A stretch of DNA of 64,000 nt from Bacteroidia bacterium (GCA_039937835.1 JBDTFR010000022.1:5769-69768), one strand, 5' to 3'. Counted from the first letter of the stretch, positions 1-10,797 are shown. Program-made: numbers and translations. Notes: generated by a model not told the origin, from the letters alone.

Positions 1-244
1 TTCATTTTGCGATGCAGAAGAAAAAGCATACTTGCGTGATATCGAAAAATTAATAGCTAAAAAAATTCCTGTCATAGAAAATCACCCTTTCCCATTGATG
101 GATAACAATCCCGTAAAAGCTCCAAAACAGCAGCAAGGAAGAAGACCAGAAAACCGAAGTAAAACGAGTGCTAGTCCTTCTAACGGCGGCGGTGGTGGTG
201 CGAAACGGAAAAAGTGGTTTGGTAAAACTAAAGCCGCTCGTTAA
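1..244 (+). CDS. 3' end (partial, continues upstream of window) of a DEAD-box ATP-dependent RNA helicase. Gly/Arg/Lys-rich C-terminal tail.
   Basis: Reading frame 2 is open from base 2 with no start in the window. The RGG/K-rich tail (PSNGGGGGAKRKKWFGKTKAAR) is typical of DEAD-box helicase C-terminal extensions. No helicase motifs are in the window, so the call is tentative. Confidence 0.4.
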   Translation, partial: SFCDAEEKAYLRDIEKLIAKKIPVIENHPFPLMDNNPVKAPKQQQGRRPENRSKTSASPSNGGGGGAKRKKWFGKTKAAR

Positions 245-266
245 TATTAGTATACGGAATAGTGCG

Positions 267-1010
267 CTAATTTTTTATTCCAATAACTGCCATCATTCTA
301 CCTGTTTTTCCGTTCTCTTTTCGATGCGAAAAAAATAAGTCATTGTTTGTAACTGTGCAGTAGACGGTAACTTCTATATTTTCTGGAAGCAAACCAAAAT
401 CAAGAAGTTGCAGTTTATTGGTGTTTTTTAAATCGACAAACCATTTTTGTTTTTCACTATTATAACGTTTGAATGTGTTACTGAAAAAAGTAGCGACCTC
501 CACGCCCACTTCAAAATTTTCGTAGCCAATACAAGCACCAATATAGGCTTTACAATCAGCTCCTTTTGTACCATAGTTTTCTTGCATGGTTTGCAAGGTG
601 TTTGTTACAATTTTTGCTACGGTTCCTTTCCACCCAGCATGTATGGCAGCCACTGCATTATTTTTTTCGTCGTAAATTAAAACAGGTGTGCAGTCGGCAA
701 TGGATACGACAGCAAACACATTTTTTTTATTGGTGACAATGGCGTCGTACCCTTCTACAATAGCAGGGGCATTGGCTACATACACTTTATTTCCATGAAC
801 TTGTTTACTTAAAACGAGTTGTTGTGTATTAATTCCTAATGCATCAAAAAACAGAGCTCTGTTTTTAATAACATTCTCTTTTTCATCGTTTACAGAAAGA
901 CCTAAATTCATATAATTAAATGGGGCTTGGCTAACGCCGCCCAGTCGAGTGCTTTGTACTGCAATAACAGTAGTAGAATTCATTACTTTTGGAAAAATAA
1001 TCATTAACAA
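267..1010 (-). CDS. pgeF: Peptidoglycan editing factor PgeF / YfiH (DUF152) family purine nucleoside phosphorylase / laccase-domain protein
   Basis: 247 aa. Conserved YfiH-family blocks: QVHGNKV, SIADCTPVL, AIHAGWKGT, ACIGYENFEVG. Confidence 0.8.
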   Translation of the reverse strand: MLMIIFPKVMNSTTVIAVQSTRLGGVSQAPFNYMNLGLSVNDEKENVIKNRALFFDALGINTQQLVLSKQVHGNKVYVANAPAIVEGYDAIVTNKKNVFAVVSIADCTPVLIYDEKNNAVAAIHAGWKGTVAKIVTNTLQTMQENYGTKGADCKAYIGACIGYENFEVGVEVATFFSNTFKRYNSEKQKWFVDLKNTNKLQLLDFGLLPENIEVTVYCTVTNNDLFFSHRKENGKTGRMMAVIGIKN

Positions 1011-1154
1011 ATATACTCATAAATAAAAGCAATAAGTTGATAACAGCGGTGTAAAGAGGTCTTTAAGAATATTTGCAGATAGAAGAAGAACAGGTTAATT
1101 TTTCGTTTCTTTGCAATGGTTTTTAAACAACAACAAAAATTAAAACGATTAAAA

Positions 1155-2468
1155 ATGAATGTTCTTATTCTGGGTTCTGGTGGTCGTGAGCACGCGTTTG
1201 CATGGAAATTAAAACAAAGCAAAAAACTAAAAAAATTATTTATAGCGCCTGGTAATGCAGGCACTGAAAGCTTGGGGATAAACATTCCGCTAACGGTTAT
1301 CGATTTTGAAGCCATTAAAAAAGCGGTGTTGCAAAATGCGATTGATATGGTAGTAGTGGGGCCAGAAGATCCTTTAGTAAATGGGATTCACGATTTTTTT
1401 TTAACGGATGATGCATTAAAATCAATTTCAGTTATCGGTCCTAAAAAAGATGGTGCTCAACTAGAAGGCAGCAAAGATTTTTCAAAGCAGTTCATGCTTC
1501 GACATAATATACCTACGGCTCGTTACCAAACTTTTACAAAAGAAACCTTACAAAATGGCTTTGCGTTTTTAGAAACATTAAATCCACCTTATGTTTTAAA
1601 GGCAGATGGCTTAGCTGCTGGCAAAGGGGTAATTATACCGAACACTCTTGCAGAAGCAAAAGCCGAATTAACTGAAATGTTAGCCCATGCTAAGTTTGGG
1701 AATGCCTCTACAAAAGTAGTGGTAGAAGAATTTTTGAAGGGTATTGAACTTTCTGTTTTTGTATTAACAGATGGAGAATCCTATAAAATACTTCCAGCGG
1801 CAAAAGATTACAAACGCATTGGAGAAGGCGATACAGGCTTAAATACTGGTGGTATGGGTGCTATTTCTCCCGTACCTTTTGCCAACGAAGCATTTATAAA
1901 AAAAGTAGAAGATCAGGTAATTATACCCACTATTAATGGCTTAAAAAAAGAAGGTATTTTATATAAAGGTTTTATTTTTATTGGATTGATGAATGTAAAT
2001 GAAGAACCATTTGTTATCGAATACAACGTAAGGATGGGCGACCCCGAGACAGAAACAGTGATACCCAGAATAAAGTCAGATTTATTAGATTTATTTGAAG
2101 GGGTAGCAAATTCTACATTGCATGAAAAGAAATTAGAGATAGATAATCGCGTTGTTACAACGGTAATGTTAGTTGCAGGTGGTTATCCTCAAGAGTATAA
2201 AAAAGGAGATGAAATAACGGGCTTAGAAAGTATTGAAGGCAGTATCATATTTCATGCAGGTACTTGCCAACAAATTAGTTCAACTAATCAACAATCCATT
2301 ACTACCAATGGTGGCCGAGTAGTCGCAGTTACTTCTTATGGAGATACCATGGAAGAGTCGTTAAAAAAATCTTTCGCAAACGCCGAACGCATTCAATACA
2401 AAAACAAATATTACAGAAAAGATATTGGACAAGACCTTGTGACGTACTTTAAAAAGGTGGTTGAATAG
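1155..2468 (+). CDS. purD: Phosphoribosylamine--glycine ligase (GAR synthetase)
   Basis: N-terminus MNVLILGSGGREHAFAWKL is the PurD signature. ATP-grasp fold, about 437 aa from the internal ATG at 1155. The ORF-track start at 1116 adds 13 non-conserved residues. Confidence 0.9.
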   Translation: MNVLILGSGGREHAFAWKLKQSKKLKKLFIAPGNAGTESLGINIPLTVIDFEAIKKAVLQNAIDMVVVGPEDPLVNGIHDFFLTDDALKSISVIGPKKDGAQLEGSKDFSKQFMLRHNIPTARYQTFTKETLQNGFAFLETLNPPYVLKADGLAAGKGVIIPNTLAEAKAELTEMLAHAKFGNASTKVVVEEFLKGIELSVFVLTDGESYKILPAAKDYKRIGEGDTGLNTGGMGAISPVPFANEAFIKKVEDQVIIPTINGLKKEGILYKGFIFIGLMNVNEEPFVIEYNVRMGDPETETVIPRIKSDLLDLFEGVANSTLHEKKLEIDNRVVTTVMLVAGGYPQEYKKGDEITGLESIEGSIIFHAGTCQQISSTNQQSITTNGGRVVAVTSYGDTMEESLKKSFANAERIQYKNKYYRKDIGQDLVTYFKKVVE

Positions 2469-2509
2469 AAAAAGGTGGGTATTGCTGAAAAAAATAGTAA
2501 AATAAAAAT

Positions 2510-2542
2510 CTCCAAAGCAAAAATTTGCCTTGGAGGTTTTTG
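2510..2542. terminator. Bidirectional rho-independent terminator between convergent purD and a small minus-strand ORF
   Basis: Perfect 12-bp stem CTCCAAAGCAAA / TTTGCCTTGGAG with a short loop. It is flanked by an A-run upstream and a T-run downstream. Confidence 0.6.
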
Positions 2543-2568
2543 TAAATGTCTCTTTGTAATTTTTGTAA

Positions 2569-2754
2569 TTATTTTAAAGTGCCATTTTCTTCGGCTTCTT
2601 TATTATATTTAGTTTGTTTTCTTAACCACACAATGATTAAACTAACTATTATTACCCAAAAAAATATGTTTGGTATATTCCCTAAAGCTTTAATTGGTCC
2701 AAATGATGATTCAAAAAGACGACCAATACCATTAAAAACATCTGTCATATTCAT
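2569..2754 (-). CDS. Small single-pass membrane protein (hypothetical, 61 aa)
   Basis: Clean hydrophobic helix (IFFWVIIVSLIIVWL) followed by a charged tail. It is convergent with purD and shares the bidirectional terminator. Preferred over the overlapping 84-aa plus-strand ORF, which looks like low-complexity junk. Confidence 0.35.
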   Translation of the reverse strand: MNMTDVFNGIGRLFESSFGPIKALGNIPNIFFWVIIVSLIIVWLRKQTKYNKEAEENGTLK

Positions 2755-2840
2755 GCTGCAAAAATTTATATATTATTTTCAAAAGTACAAATTTTATTAA
2801 CAAAGCATAAATTTTTAACTTATTTTTAAGCACATAAACT

Positions 2841-3830
2841 ATGCTGGTAAGTTTTTTTAAAACAAACAATGCTTCGGCATTTATTTTTATTCCCTTTATT
2901 GCTTTTGCAATATGGGCGTTCGGCTATTTATACCCCTCGCCATTAGTTGTCCACAATGGAATGCCGCTGTATGAATTTATGGCGCAATTAGTTAATCACA
3001 CCAACTGGTTTCCTATCACATTTGGTTTATTAATGATTATTGCGGAAGCTTTCTTATTAAACTTTATTATTAATGAAAACGAAATTTTAAATAGAAAGTT
3101 TTTTTTACCAGGCATTTTTTACATCCTTTTTATGAGTAGTAATAAAATGGGATTATGCTTACACCCTTTGATATTTGCGAACCTGTTTATTTTACTTGCT
3201 ATTCAAAGGCTGCTAAACTCTTACCGGAAAGACAATGCTTTCTCGCATGTATTTGATGCTGCTTTTTTATTTTCAATTGCATCGTTATTTTACTTACCAA
3301 GCCTTGTTTTTTTTCCTTTAATTGCAGTAGCCTTAATTTTATTACGTCCTTTTAATGTAAGAGAATGGCTTATTTCGTTAATAGGTATAGTAGTTCCATA
3401 CACTTTCATTATTACTTTTTATTTTGTAAAAAACATTAATTTCTATTCTATACTTAAAGAAAAATTTCAGTTAACTTTCCGCCAAGCCAACACCAGTATT
3501 GTTTTCTTTAACAATCCATATACCATTACTCTTTGTATCGGTGCAATTATTATTATACTATCCTTTGGCAAATTATTTAACAATATACAAACTGGGTCTC
3601 AAAAAGCTAAAAAAGGTACCTTATTACTACTTTGGCTGTTTGGCCTTTCCTTGTTTTCCATATTAATTACTACAAATTCACTCACTGATTATTTTGCAGC
3701 CATAGCCATACCTGCGGCGGTATTTTCAGCAAATTATGCTGGTAATGTAAAAAAACAATGGTGGATAGAGCTTTTATTTCTATTCTTTTTGCTTTCTATT
3801 TTTATAAATTTAGCCCTACACTACTTTTAA
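2841..3830 (+). CDS. Polytopic integral membrane protein, function unknown
   Basis: 329 aa with at least 8 hydrophobic helices and no recognisable catalytic motif. Confidence 0.55.
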   Translation: MLVSFFKTNNASAFIFIPFIAFAIWAFGYLYPSPLVVHNGMPLYEFMAQLVNHTNWFPITFGLLMIIAEAFLLNFIINENEILNRKFFLPGIFYILFMSSNKMGLCLHPLIFANLFILLAIQRLLNSYRKDNAFSHVFDAAFLFSIASLFYLPSLVFFPLIAVALILLRPFNVREWLISLIGIVVPYTFIITFYFVKNINFYSILKEKFQLTFRQANTSIVFFNNPYTITLCIGAIIIILSFGKLFNNIQTGSQKAKKGTLLLLWLFGLSLFSILITTNSLTDYFAAIAIPAAVFSANYAGNVKKQWWIELLFLFFLLSIFINLALHYF

Positions 3831-3897
3831 ACAATTGCGAATAATTTAAAACGGTTCGACAATAATTTTTTAACTTTACAATATAAAATAATTAGTC

Positions 3898-4596
3898 ATG
3901 AATAAATTTGGAGTTGTTGTTTTTCCTGGATCAAATTGCGATGAAGATATGGTTTACGTATTGCAAAATATCATGGGGCAGGAGGTTGTTAAATTATGGC
4001 ATAAAGATAAAGACTTACAAAATTGTGATTTTATTATTATTCCAGGAGGCTTTTCTTTTGGCGACTATTTGCGTTCAGGGGCCATTGCAAAATTTTCTCC
4101 CATTATGGAGAAAATAATTGAATACGCAAACAAGGGCGGTTATGTACTTGGCGTATGCAATGGTTTTCAGGTATTAACGGAAGCCGGTTTACTTCAGGGT
4201 GCATTACTGCACAACGAAGAGCGTAAATTTGTTTGTAAAAACACGTACATAAAAGCAGAACATACGGATACACTACTAACGGCAGAAGTGCCTTTAAACA
4301 AAGCATTAAAAATACCTGTTGCTCATGGCGAAGGGCGTTACTTTGCCGATGCTGAAACCTTAAAAGAAATGAATGACAACCATCAAATATTATTTAGATA
4401 TTGTGATGAGAACGGTAAGGTTACACCAGCTGCAAACCCGAATGGCGCTATTGATAATATTGCAGGGGTATGTAATGCGAATAAAAATGTATTTGGAATG
4501 ATGCCTCACCCTGAAAGGGCTACCGATGGCGACTTAACTAATATTGATGGTCGATGTATATTCGATTCAATATTAAGTTTAGTGAAACAACAATAA
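3898..4596 (+). CDS. purQ: Phosphoribosylformylglycinamidine synthase subunit PurQ (glutamine amidotransferase)
   Basis: VVVFPGSNCDED, GGFSFGDYL and the catalytic Cys in GVCNGFQVL. C-terminal MPHPER motif. 232 aa. Confidence 0.9.
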   Translation: MNKFGVVVFPGSNCDEDMVYVLQNIMGQEVVKLWHKDKDLQNCDFIIIPGGFSFGDYLRSGAIAKFSPIMEKIIEYANKGGYVLGVCNGFQVLTEAGLLQGALLHNEERKFVCKNTYIKAEHTDTLLTAEVPLNKALKIPVAHGEGRYFADAETLKEMNDNHQILFRYCDENGKVTPAANPNGAIDNIAGVCNANKNVFGMMPHPERATDGDLTNIDGRCIFDSILSLVKQQ

Positions 4597-4639
4597 AAGT
4601 AAAAGACAAGTTTTTTTTAATCTTTTAAATATTAAATCC

Positions 4640-5011
4640 ATGAGCTTTATAAATGAAGATAAGTTAACGGTTTCGATTAAAAAGAAAAACCTTTCATCAT
4701 TAATCGAATATTGCATCGAAAATAAAATAGATTTTACGTTAATGTCAAAATCTACCCATAGCGATGATTTTGAGATGGAATTTATGGTAAAGAACACGAA
4801 GAAAGCAATTGCGCTGGGCATGTGTTTAAAAGAACTTAAATTAGAGTTGAACGGTTTGAATGTAACACCAGTTGCGGCTATTAAGGCCAGTAAAAAACCT
4901 ACCGTTAGCAAAGAAAATGACGTTGCGAAACCTCAACGCATAGTTTCAGAAGGAGATGCAATAATGGCATTTAATGATGCCTTGCCATTTGATTTGGGGG
5001 CATCCAACTAG
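4640..5011 (+). CDS. Hypothetical protein (123 aa)
   Basis: ORF of moderate complexity directly after purQ. No recognisable motif. Confidence 0.4.
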   Translation: MSFINEDKLTVSIKKKNLSSLIEYCIENKIDFTLMSKSTHSDDFEMEFMVKNTKKAIALGMCLKELKLELNGLNVTPVAAIKASKKPTVSKENDVAKPQRIVSEGDAIMAFNDALPFDLGASN

Positions 5012-5447
5012 GGAAGTAATAAATTATTGTTATTTCCCGCGTTATTCCAGAAAACATCTTTTCCTCTCTTCATTTCATTGATCAATTCGAAAACAAGACG
5101 GAGTTGTTTGCTCCTAAAATAATTTGTGAACTAACAGAACAAGTGTATCTCAAAGTGAATAAATTTCGGAAAACAATTATTGAAGGTATTTTGCTTACGG
5201 GGTCAATACAAATATGATGCGCTCTGATTCGAATGCTTAGCTTCACCAAACATTATAGGTGATATTACAACAAAGTGCTAATTGAAGAAAGCTTTTAATT
5301 AGGAAAACTGACGTTGATTGTACTTTTAAAAGTAATTTAAACAACAAACTAGTTAATAAGGAATAAAAAAAATTGCTCGCTTAAAAAATTGTCATATTTT
5401 TACTTTCTATTAAGTCAAAAGGTTACAAAAAACAAAAAATATTTCAA

Positions 5448-6116
5448 ATGAAAAATAAAATCATTTACTTTAATTTAGGTGTTTTACTATGCGGAGCAAT
5501 CTTTATAGCAAGTTGCGCTAAACCGCCAGTTGTTCCCCCAAAACCTTCGGCTCCACCATTAACGTTTCACAATATAGTAGTTAGTGGATTATGTAAAGTA
5601 AATTTAGTAGCTGGTTCAACCAACGCTGTAAAATCTGCGGATGGCGCAATGGTACAAACGATTATAAATGGTACTCTTTTTCTTTCTGGAGCAGGTGTTG
5701 GTGAAATCGAAGTAATTGACGTAGATACTTTAGTTGCAAATGGTGTTACGAGCATTAATGCTAGTACAGCACTTAATTTAGATCGTGTTATTATCGTAGG
5801 AAACGGGGTTTCAACTATGACCTTAGATATTAATGCTGATTCAATCGAATTTATATCGAATGGAGTAGGGCCTTACACTTTAAAAGGAAACACACAAAAA
5901 TTACATTTGCACTCAAACGGAGCAGCGCTTGTAAGTGCTTATAATTTATTATCTAAAAATTGTATAACCTCTATATTAGGAATAGGGATTAGTGAGGTAT
6001 ATGCTACTGAAGAGCTAAAAGCAATCATTGCAGGTAATGGTACTATTTACTATAAAGGTGGAGCAGCGGTTACTAAACAGTTAATCGCTGGTGTAGGTAA
6101 AGTGTTAAAGAAATAA
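5448..6116 (+). CDS. Lipoprotein with DUF2807 / GIN-like putative adhesin head domain
   Basis: Signal peptide with lipobox (FIASCAK). Repetitive G/V/N-rich beta-strand pattern characteristic of DUF2807 proteins. Confidence 0.55.
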   Translation: MKNKIIYFNLGVLLCGAIFIASCAKPPVVPPKPSAPPLTFHNIVVSGLCKVNLVAGSTNAVKSADGAMVQTIINGTLFLSGAGVGEIEVIDVDTLVANGVTSINASTALNLDRVIIVGNGVSTMTLDINADSIEFISNGVGPYTLKGNTQKLHLHSNGAALVSAYNLLSKNCITSILGIGISEVYATEELKAIIAGNGTIYYKGGAAVTKQLIAGVGKVLKK

Positions 6117-6136
6117 AAATCAATTAAATTTTTTTT

Positions 6137-6164
6137 AAAAGCCCCGATTTAGGGGCTTTTTTAT
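6137..6164 (+). terminator. Rho-independent terminator after the lipoprotein gene
   Basis: AAAAGCCCC-GATTT-AGGGGCTTTTTT: GC stem plus U-tract. Confidence 0.7.
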
Positions 6165-6288
6165 TTAAATATCTCTCTGGTCAGCCTTTAAAAGAGGTTA
6201 AAATCAAACCATTATTAATTATAAAACCTGTGAATTTTAAGCATTAAATGTTCTAACAGGTATTGTTTTCTTTTTATAGATTTAACCT

Positions 6289-6296
6289 TTACTTTT
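6289..6296 (+). promoter_or_regulatory. Bacteroidota sigma-A -7 box (TAnnTTTG) upstream of pgk
   Basis: TACTTTTG lies 19 nt upstream of the pgk ATG and matches the Bacteroidota -7 consensus. Confidence 0.4.
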
Positions 6297-6314
6297 GCAG
6301 CTAAATAAATTATT

Positions 6315-7505
6315 ATGAAAACGGTTGATAATTACAATTTCAAAGGACAAAAAGTTTTAATACGAATTGATTTTAATGTACCATTAGATGCAAACTATAA
6401 CATAACAGATGATAGCCGTATGCAAGCGGCAGTGCCAACCATTAATAAAATTTTAAATGATGGCGGTGCTGTAATATTAATGTCTCATTTAGGAAGACCT
6501 AAAGAAGGGCCAGCAGAAAAATATTCATTAAAACATCTTGTCCCACATTTAACAAAACTGTTAAATAAACCAGTTGCTTTTGTTACAGATTGTATAGGAA
6601 TCGAGGCAATAAAAGCGGCAAATGAGTTAAAGCCAATGCAGGTTTTGTTATTAGAAAACTTACGTTTTCACAAACAAGAAGAAAAAGGAGATGTTGATTT
6701 TGCAAAAAAATTAGCAGCGCTAGGAACTTTTTATGTGAATGACGCCTTTGGTACCGCTCATAGAGCACATGCATCTACAGCTGTTATAGCACAGTTTTTT
6801 CCAGAAAATAAATGTTTTGGGTATGTAATGAGTGGTGAATTGAACAGTGTTAACAAAGTATTGAATAACACAGCAAAACCATTTACGGCAATAATGGGTG
6901 GAGCAAAAGTATCTGACAAAATTTTAATATTACAACAACTTATTAATAAAGCTGATAACATTATTATTGGCGGTGGTATGGCATTTACGTTTGTAAAAGC
7001 GCAAGGCGGAAAAATTGGGAAATCGCTTGTAGAAGAAGATAAATTAGAAACCGCACTTGCCATTTTAAAGGATGCTGAAAAAAAGGGTGTGAATATTTAT
7101 ATACCCGTTGATGCGATTGTGGCTGATAATTTTTCAAATGATGCGAATAAACTAACAGTAGCTATTAATGAAATTCCAGACGGTTGGATGGGTTTAGATA
7201 TTGGTCCCGAAACGGAGAAAACGTACGGGGAAGTGATAAAAAAATCCAATACTATTTTATGGAATGGCCCAATGGGGGTATTTGAAATGAGTTCTTTTGA
7301 GCACGGTACTAAAGCAGTTGCTGAAGCCATTGTGGAGGCCACTAAAAAGGGTGCTTATTCCTTAATTGGCGGTGGAGATTCTGTTGCAGCAATAAATAAA
7401 TATAAGTTAGCAAACCAAGTAAGTTATGTTTCTACTGGAGGAGGAGCCCTTTTAGAATATATTGAAAGTGGCAGTTTGCCTGGTGTGGAAGCAATAGGAA
7501 TATAG
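6315..7505 (+). CDS. pgk: Phosphoglycerate kinase
   Basis: 396 aa. [16 protein letters not shown] and GGGMAFTF motifs. Confidence 0.95.
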   Translation: MKTVDNYNFKGQKVLIRIDFNVPLDANYNITDDSRMQAAVPTINKILNDGGAVILMSHLGRPKEGPAEKYSLKHLVPHLTKLLNKPVAFVTDCIGIEAIKAANELKPMQVLLLENLRFHKQEEKGDVDFAKKLAALGTFYVNDAFGTAHRAHASTAVIAQFFPENKCFGYVMSGELNSVNKVLNNTAKPFTAIMGGAKVSDKILILQQLINKADNIIIGGGMAFTFVKAQGGKIGKSLVEEDKLETALAILKDAEKKGVNIYIPVDAIVADNFSNDANKLTVAINEIPDGWMGLDIGPETEKTYGEVIKKSNTILWNGPMGVFEMSSFEHGTKAVAEAIVEATKKGAYSLIGGGDSVAAINKYKLANQVSYVSTGGGALLEYIESGSLPGVEAIGI

Positions 7506-7565
7506 GCAAAATGCTTTACTAAATAGTAACGCGTTCATTTTTAATTTAATTTAATTCTATTGTAG

Positions 7566-8156
7566 TTACTGATAAAAATGCATTTCTTTTACATAATTCC
7601 ATACTGCTAGCGGCATAAAATAACGAACATCTTTTTTGTCTTTAATTGCATTGCGAATAAAAGTGGAGGAGATTTCTAATAACGGCGCATCCACCATTTT
7701 TACTTTAGGGTGTTTTTCTAATAATAACGCTTCACTTGTTGATGAAGCGTTATTATTAATTCGTGGGTATATGTACAATTCATGATGATTTAGTATTTCC
7801 TCATAATTTTTCCATTTATGAAAATTTTCAAGGTTGTCAGCACCCAAAATCAGGGTAAAATTTACATGCGGATATTTTTCTTTTAAATGAGCCAGCGTAT
7901 TAGTGGTGTAGGAGGGGCGCGAAATTTTAAATTCAATATCATTTGCCTTTAACTTTGGGTGATCATCAATGGCTAATCGCACTAACTGTAGCCGATGACG
8001 TTCATCTAGTAATGTTTTCTTTTTTTTAAGCGGGTTTTGAGGAGATACAATAAACCAAACCTCTTCCAGATCAGTAAAACTTAACATATAGTTGGCAAGT
8101 ACAAGGTGACCCACGTGTACTGGATTAAATGATCCAAAAAACAAACCAATTTTCAT
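7566..8156 (-). CDS. nadD: Nicotinate-nucleotide adenylyltransferase
   Basis: GLFFGSFNPVHVGH (HxGH nucleotidyltransferase motif) and ISSTFIRN near the C-terminus. 196 aa. Confidence 0.85.
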   Translation of the reverse strand: MKIGLFFGSFNPVHVGHLVLANYMLSFTDLEEVWFIVSPQNPLKKKKTLLDERHRLQLVRLAIDDHPKLKANDIEFKISRPSYTTNTLAHLKEKYPHVNFTLILGADNLENFHKWKNYEEILNHHELYIYPRINNNASSTSEALLLEKHPKVKMVDAPLLEISSTFIRNAIKDKKDVRYFMPLAVWNYVKEMHFYQ

Positions 8157-8512
8157 AGGAATAAAAAATACTATTAATTGACTATAAAAATAGAAAAAAC
8201 AATCGATTCTTTTTTATTATCATAGTAGTTAAGAGAGGTGATCAAAGAGGGACTAAATTTTTAAGGTAAGAAGTCATTTATTTAGATGCGAAGCAAATTT
8301 TCCAAAACTAGCAGTTTGAAAGAATTTAGATAATGAGAAACGAGAATACTTATTCATGCTTTGAAAATATATTTTTGTTCTTTTAAAGGAATACTAGCAT
8401 AAGCGTCCTCTGTTCGATATACTTAAATCGCTGAATATCAGTTTAATTATATTTATAAAAAGTTGCTTTAGATGAATAGTTAAATATTTCTTTTGTAATT
8501 ATATACATAACT

Positions 8513-8520
8513 ATATCTTT
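8513..8520 (+). promoter_or_regulatory. Bacteroidota -7 box (TATCTTTG) upstream of acpP
   Basis: TAnnTTTG match about 33 nt upstream of the acpP ATG, with TTG upstream at about 8493. Confidence 0.4.
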
Positions 8521-8552
8521 GCAGCAAAATTAACCTTTAAACGAATAAAAAA

Positions 8553-8789
8553 ATGTCAGATATTACAACAAAAGTAAAAGCAATTATTGTTGATAAATTA
8601 GGTGTTGATGAAAAAGAAGTGACTCCAACAGCGAGCTTTACAAATGATTTGGGAGCCGATTCATTAGATACGGTAGAATTAATCATGGAATTTGAAAAGG
8701 AATTTAATATTGCCATTCCTGACGATCAAGCAGAAAAGATTAGTACCGTAGGAGAAGCAATTAGTTACATTGAAGCAAACGCAAAATAA
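8553..8789 (+). CDS. acpP: Acyl carrier protein
   Basis: 78 aa with the [13 protein letters not shown] phosphopantetheine-attachment motif. Confidence 0.95.
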   Translation: MSDITTKVKAIIVDKLGVDEKEVTPTASFTNDLGADSLDTVELIMEFEKEFNIAIPDDQAEKISTVGEAISYIEANAK

Positions 8790-8805
8790 TTTCTAAAATA
8801 GTACA

Positions 8806-10062
8806 ATGAAGTTAAGACGAGTAGTAGTTACAGGTCTCGGTGCTATTACACCTATTGGTAACAATATCACTGATTATTGGAACAATTTAATACAAGGTGT
8901 TAGCGGTGCTGCACCTATTACTCGTTTTGACGCCTCTAAATTTAAAACTCGTTTTGCTTGTGAAGTAAAAGGATTTAATCCCGAAGATTATCTTGATCGT
9001 AAAGAAGCACGTAAAATAGATCCCTTTTCGCAATATGGGTTGTGTTCTGCTATTCAAGCAGTGCGTGATGCAGGACTTGATGGCGAAAATGCATTTGATC
9101 CAGACAGAGCTGGAGTTATATGGGGATCAGGTATTGGTGGCTTGCAAACCTTTCAAGATGAATGTTTTAATTTTGCAAAAGGAGATGGAACTCCTCGTTT
9201 TAACCCATTCTTTATTCCCAAAATGATCGCTGATATTTGTTCGGGTCACATCTCTATCATGTTTGGAATGCGAGGACCAAATTTTACAACGGTTTCTGCA
9301 TGTGCATCCTCAACCAACGCATTGATTGATGCTGCCACCTATATTAAATTAGGCAAGGCAGATATTATTGTTAGTGGAGGTTCTGAAGCTGCTGTTTGCG
9401 AAGCAGGTATTGGTGGATTTAATGCCATGCACGCACTCTCTACTCGTAATGACTCACCAGAAACAGCCTCACGTCCTTTTGATGTAGATCGTGATGGGTT
9501 TGTGCTGGGTGAAGGCGCTGGTGCATTAATATTAGAAGATTTAGATCATGCTTTAAAACGCGGAGCCAAAATTTATGCGGAAGTAGTGGGTGGTGGTATG
9601 ACGGCAGATGCAAACCACATTACAGCACCTCATCCGGAAGGGTTAGGAGCAATGAATGTAATGCGTAATGCCTTACAAGATGCAGGAATGACTCCCGATC
9701 AAATAGATTATGTGAATGTTCACGGAACATCTACTCCTTTAGGAGATGTGGCAGAAACAAAAGCTATATTAAAGGTGTTTGGAGACAATGCCTATAAATT
9801 AAATATAAGTTCTACTAAATCAATGACCGGCCATTTATTAGGAGCTGCTGGTGCCATTGAAACAATAGCAAGTATTTTAGCAGTGCAGAACAATATTATT
9901 CCTCCTACCATAAATAATTTTAATGTTGATCCCGCATTAGACAGCAAGCTTAATTTTACTTTTGGAAAAGCCCAAAAGCGGGAAGTACGTGCTGCTCTTA
10001 GCAATACATTTGGCTTTGGTGGTCATAACGCTTCCATTATTGTAAAAAAATATATTGCTTAA
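8806..10062 (+). CDS. fabF: 3-oxoacyl-ACP synthase II
   Basis: 418 aa. Active-site Cys in SACASS, HGTSTPLGD, and the GHLLGAAG / FGFGGHNAS C-terminal motifs. Confidence 0.95.
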   Translation: MKLRRVVVTGLGAITPIGNNITDYWNNLIQGVSGAAPITRFDASKFKTRFACEVKGFNPEDYLDRKEARKIDPFSQYGLCSAIQAVRDAGLDGENAFDPDRAGVIWGSGIGGLQTFQDECFNFAKGDGTPRFNPFFIPKMIADICSGHISIMFGMRGPNFTTVSACASSTNALIDAATYIKLGKADIIVSGGSEAAVCEAGIGGFNAMHALSTRNDSPETASRPFDVDRDGFVLGEGAGALILEDLDHALKRGAKIYAEVVGGGMTADANHITAPHPEGLGAMNVMRNALQDAGMTPDQIDYVNVHGTSTPLGDVAETKAILKVFGDNAYKLNISSTKSMTGHLLGAAGAIETIASILAVQNNIIPPTINNFNVDPALDSKLNFTFGKAQKREVRAALSNTFGFGGHNASIIVKKYIA

Positions 10063-10071
10063 TTAAACAAC

Positions 10072-10797
10072 TTGCAAAAGAATTTTTTTAAATCAATAAA
10101 AATTTTTCTTTCCCCTGACAAACCTTTATATCAATCCTTACACAATATTTTAGGTTTTTACCCTACTAACATTGAGCTGTATAAGTTAGCCCTACGACAC
10201 AGCTCCGCTGCTCAACCCATTAAAAAAGGAATAAAAAATAGTAATGAACGGCTCGAATTTTTGGGAGATTCGATCATTAGTACGATTATTGCAGAATATC
10301 TTTTTAAAAAATTTCCTTATAAAGATGAAGGTTTTTTAACAAAAACCAGATCTAAAATGGTGAGTCGGGCACAACACAATAAAATTGCTTTAAAACTAGG
10401 TTTAGATGAACTTTTGGAGGTAAACACTGATTTTATTGGAAGTAAAACAAGTTCTATTAATGGCGATAGTTACGAAGCCCTAATTGGTGCCATATACTTA
10501 GATAAAGGCTATTGTGCTGCACAAAACTATTTATTAAACCGTATTATTGATGTGCACATTGATATGCATGAGGTAGAAAACAAAGAGGTAGACTTTAAAA
10601 GTAAATTCATTGAGTGGGCTCAGAAAGAAAAAAAAGAATTTAATTATGAGTTAATAAATAATGAAAATGCAGATGATAAACAATATACCATCCGATTAAT
10701 GGTAGAAAATAAAGTACTGGGTTTCGCACAACACATTTCAAAAAAACGAGCAGAACAAATGGTTTCGGAGCAAGCTTGTAATGAATTAAGGATTTAA
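10072..10797 (+). CDS. rnc: Ribonuclease III
   Basis: ERLEFLGDS RNase III signature plus a C-terminal dsRBD. Confidence 0.9.
   Translation: MQKNFFKSIKIFLSPDKPLYQSLHNILGFYPTNIELYKLALRHSSAAQPIKKGIKNSNERLEFLGDSIISTIIAEYLFKKFPYKDEGFLTKTRSKMVSRAQHNKIALKLGLDELLEVNTDFIGSKTSSINGDSYEALIGAIYLDKGYCAAQNYLLNRIIDVHIDMHEVENKEVDFKSKFIEWAQKEKKEFNYELINNENADDKQYTIRLMVENKVLGFAQHISKKRAEQMVSEQACNELRI

Noticed and set aside
1004-1315. 103-aa minus-strand ORF overlapping the purD 5' end
   Set aside because: Antisense to the well-supported purD start region and to the promoter. The translation is low-complexity.
2546-2800. 84-aa plus-strand ORF overlapping the small minus-strand membrane ORF
   Set aside because: Low-complexity F/Y/K-rich translation with no hydrophobic pattern or motif. 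The antisense 61-aa ORF has a clean TM helix and shares the bidirectional terminator with purD. Only one of the two can be real and the minus-strand one is more plausible.
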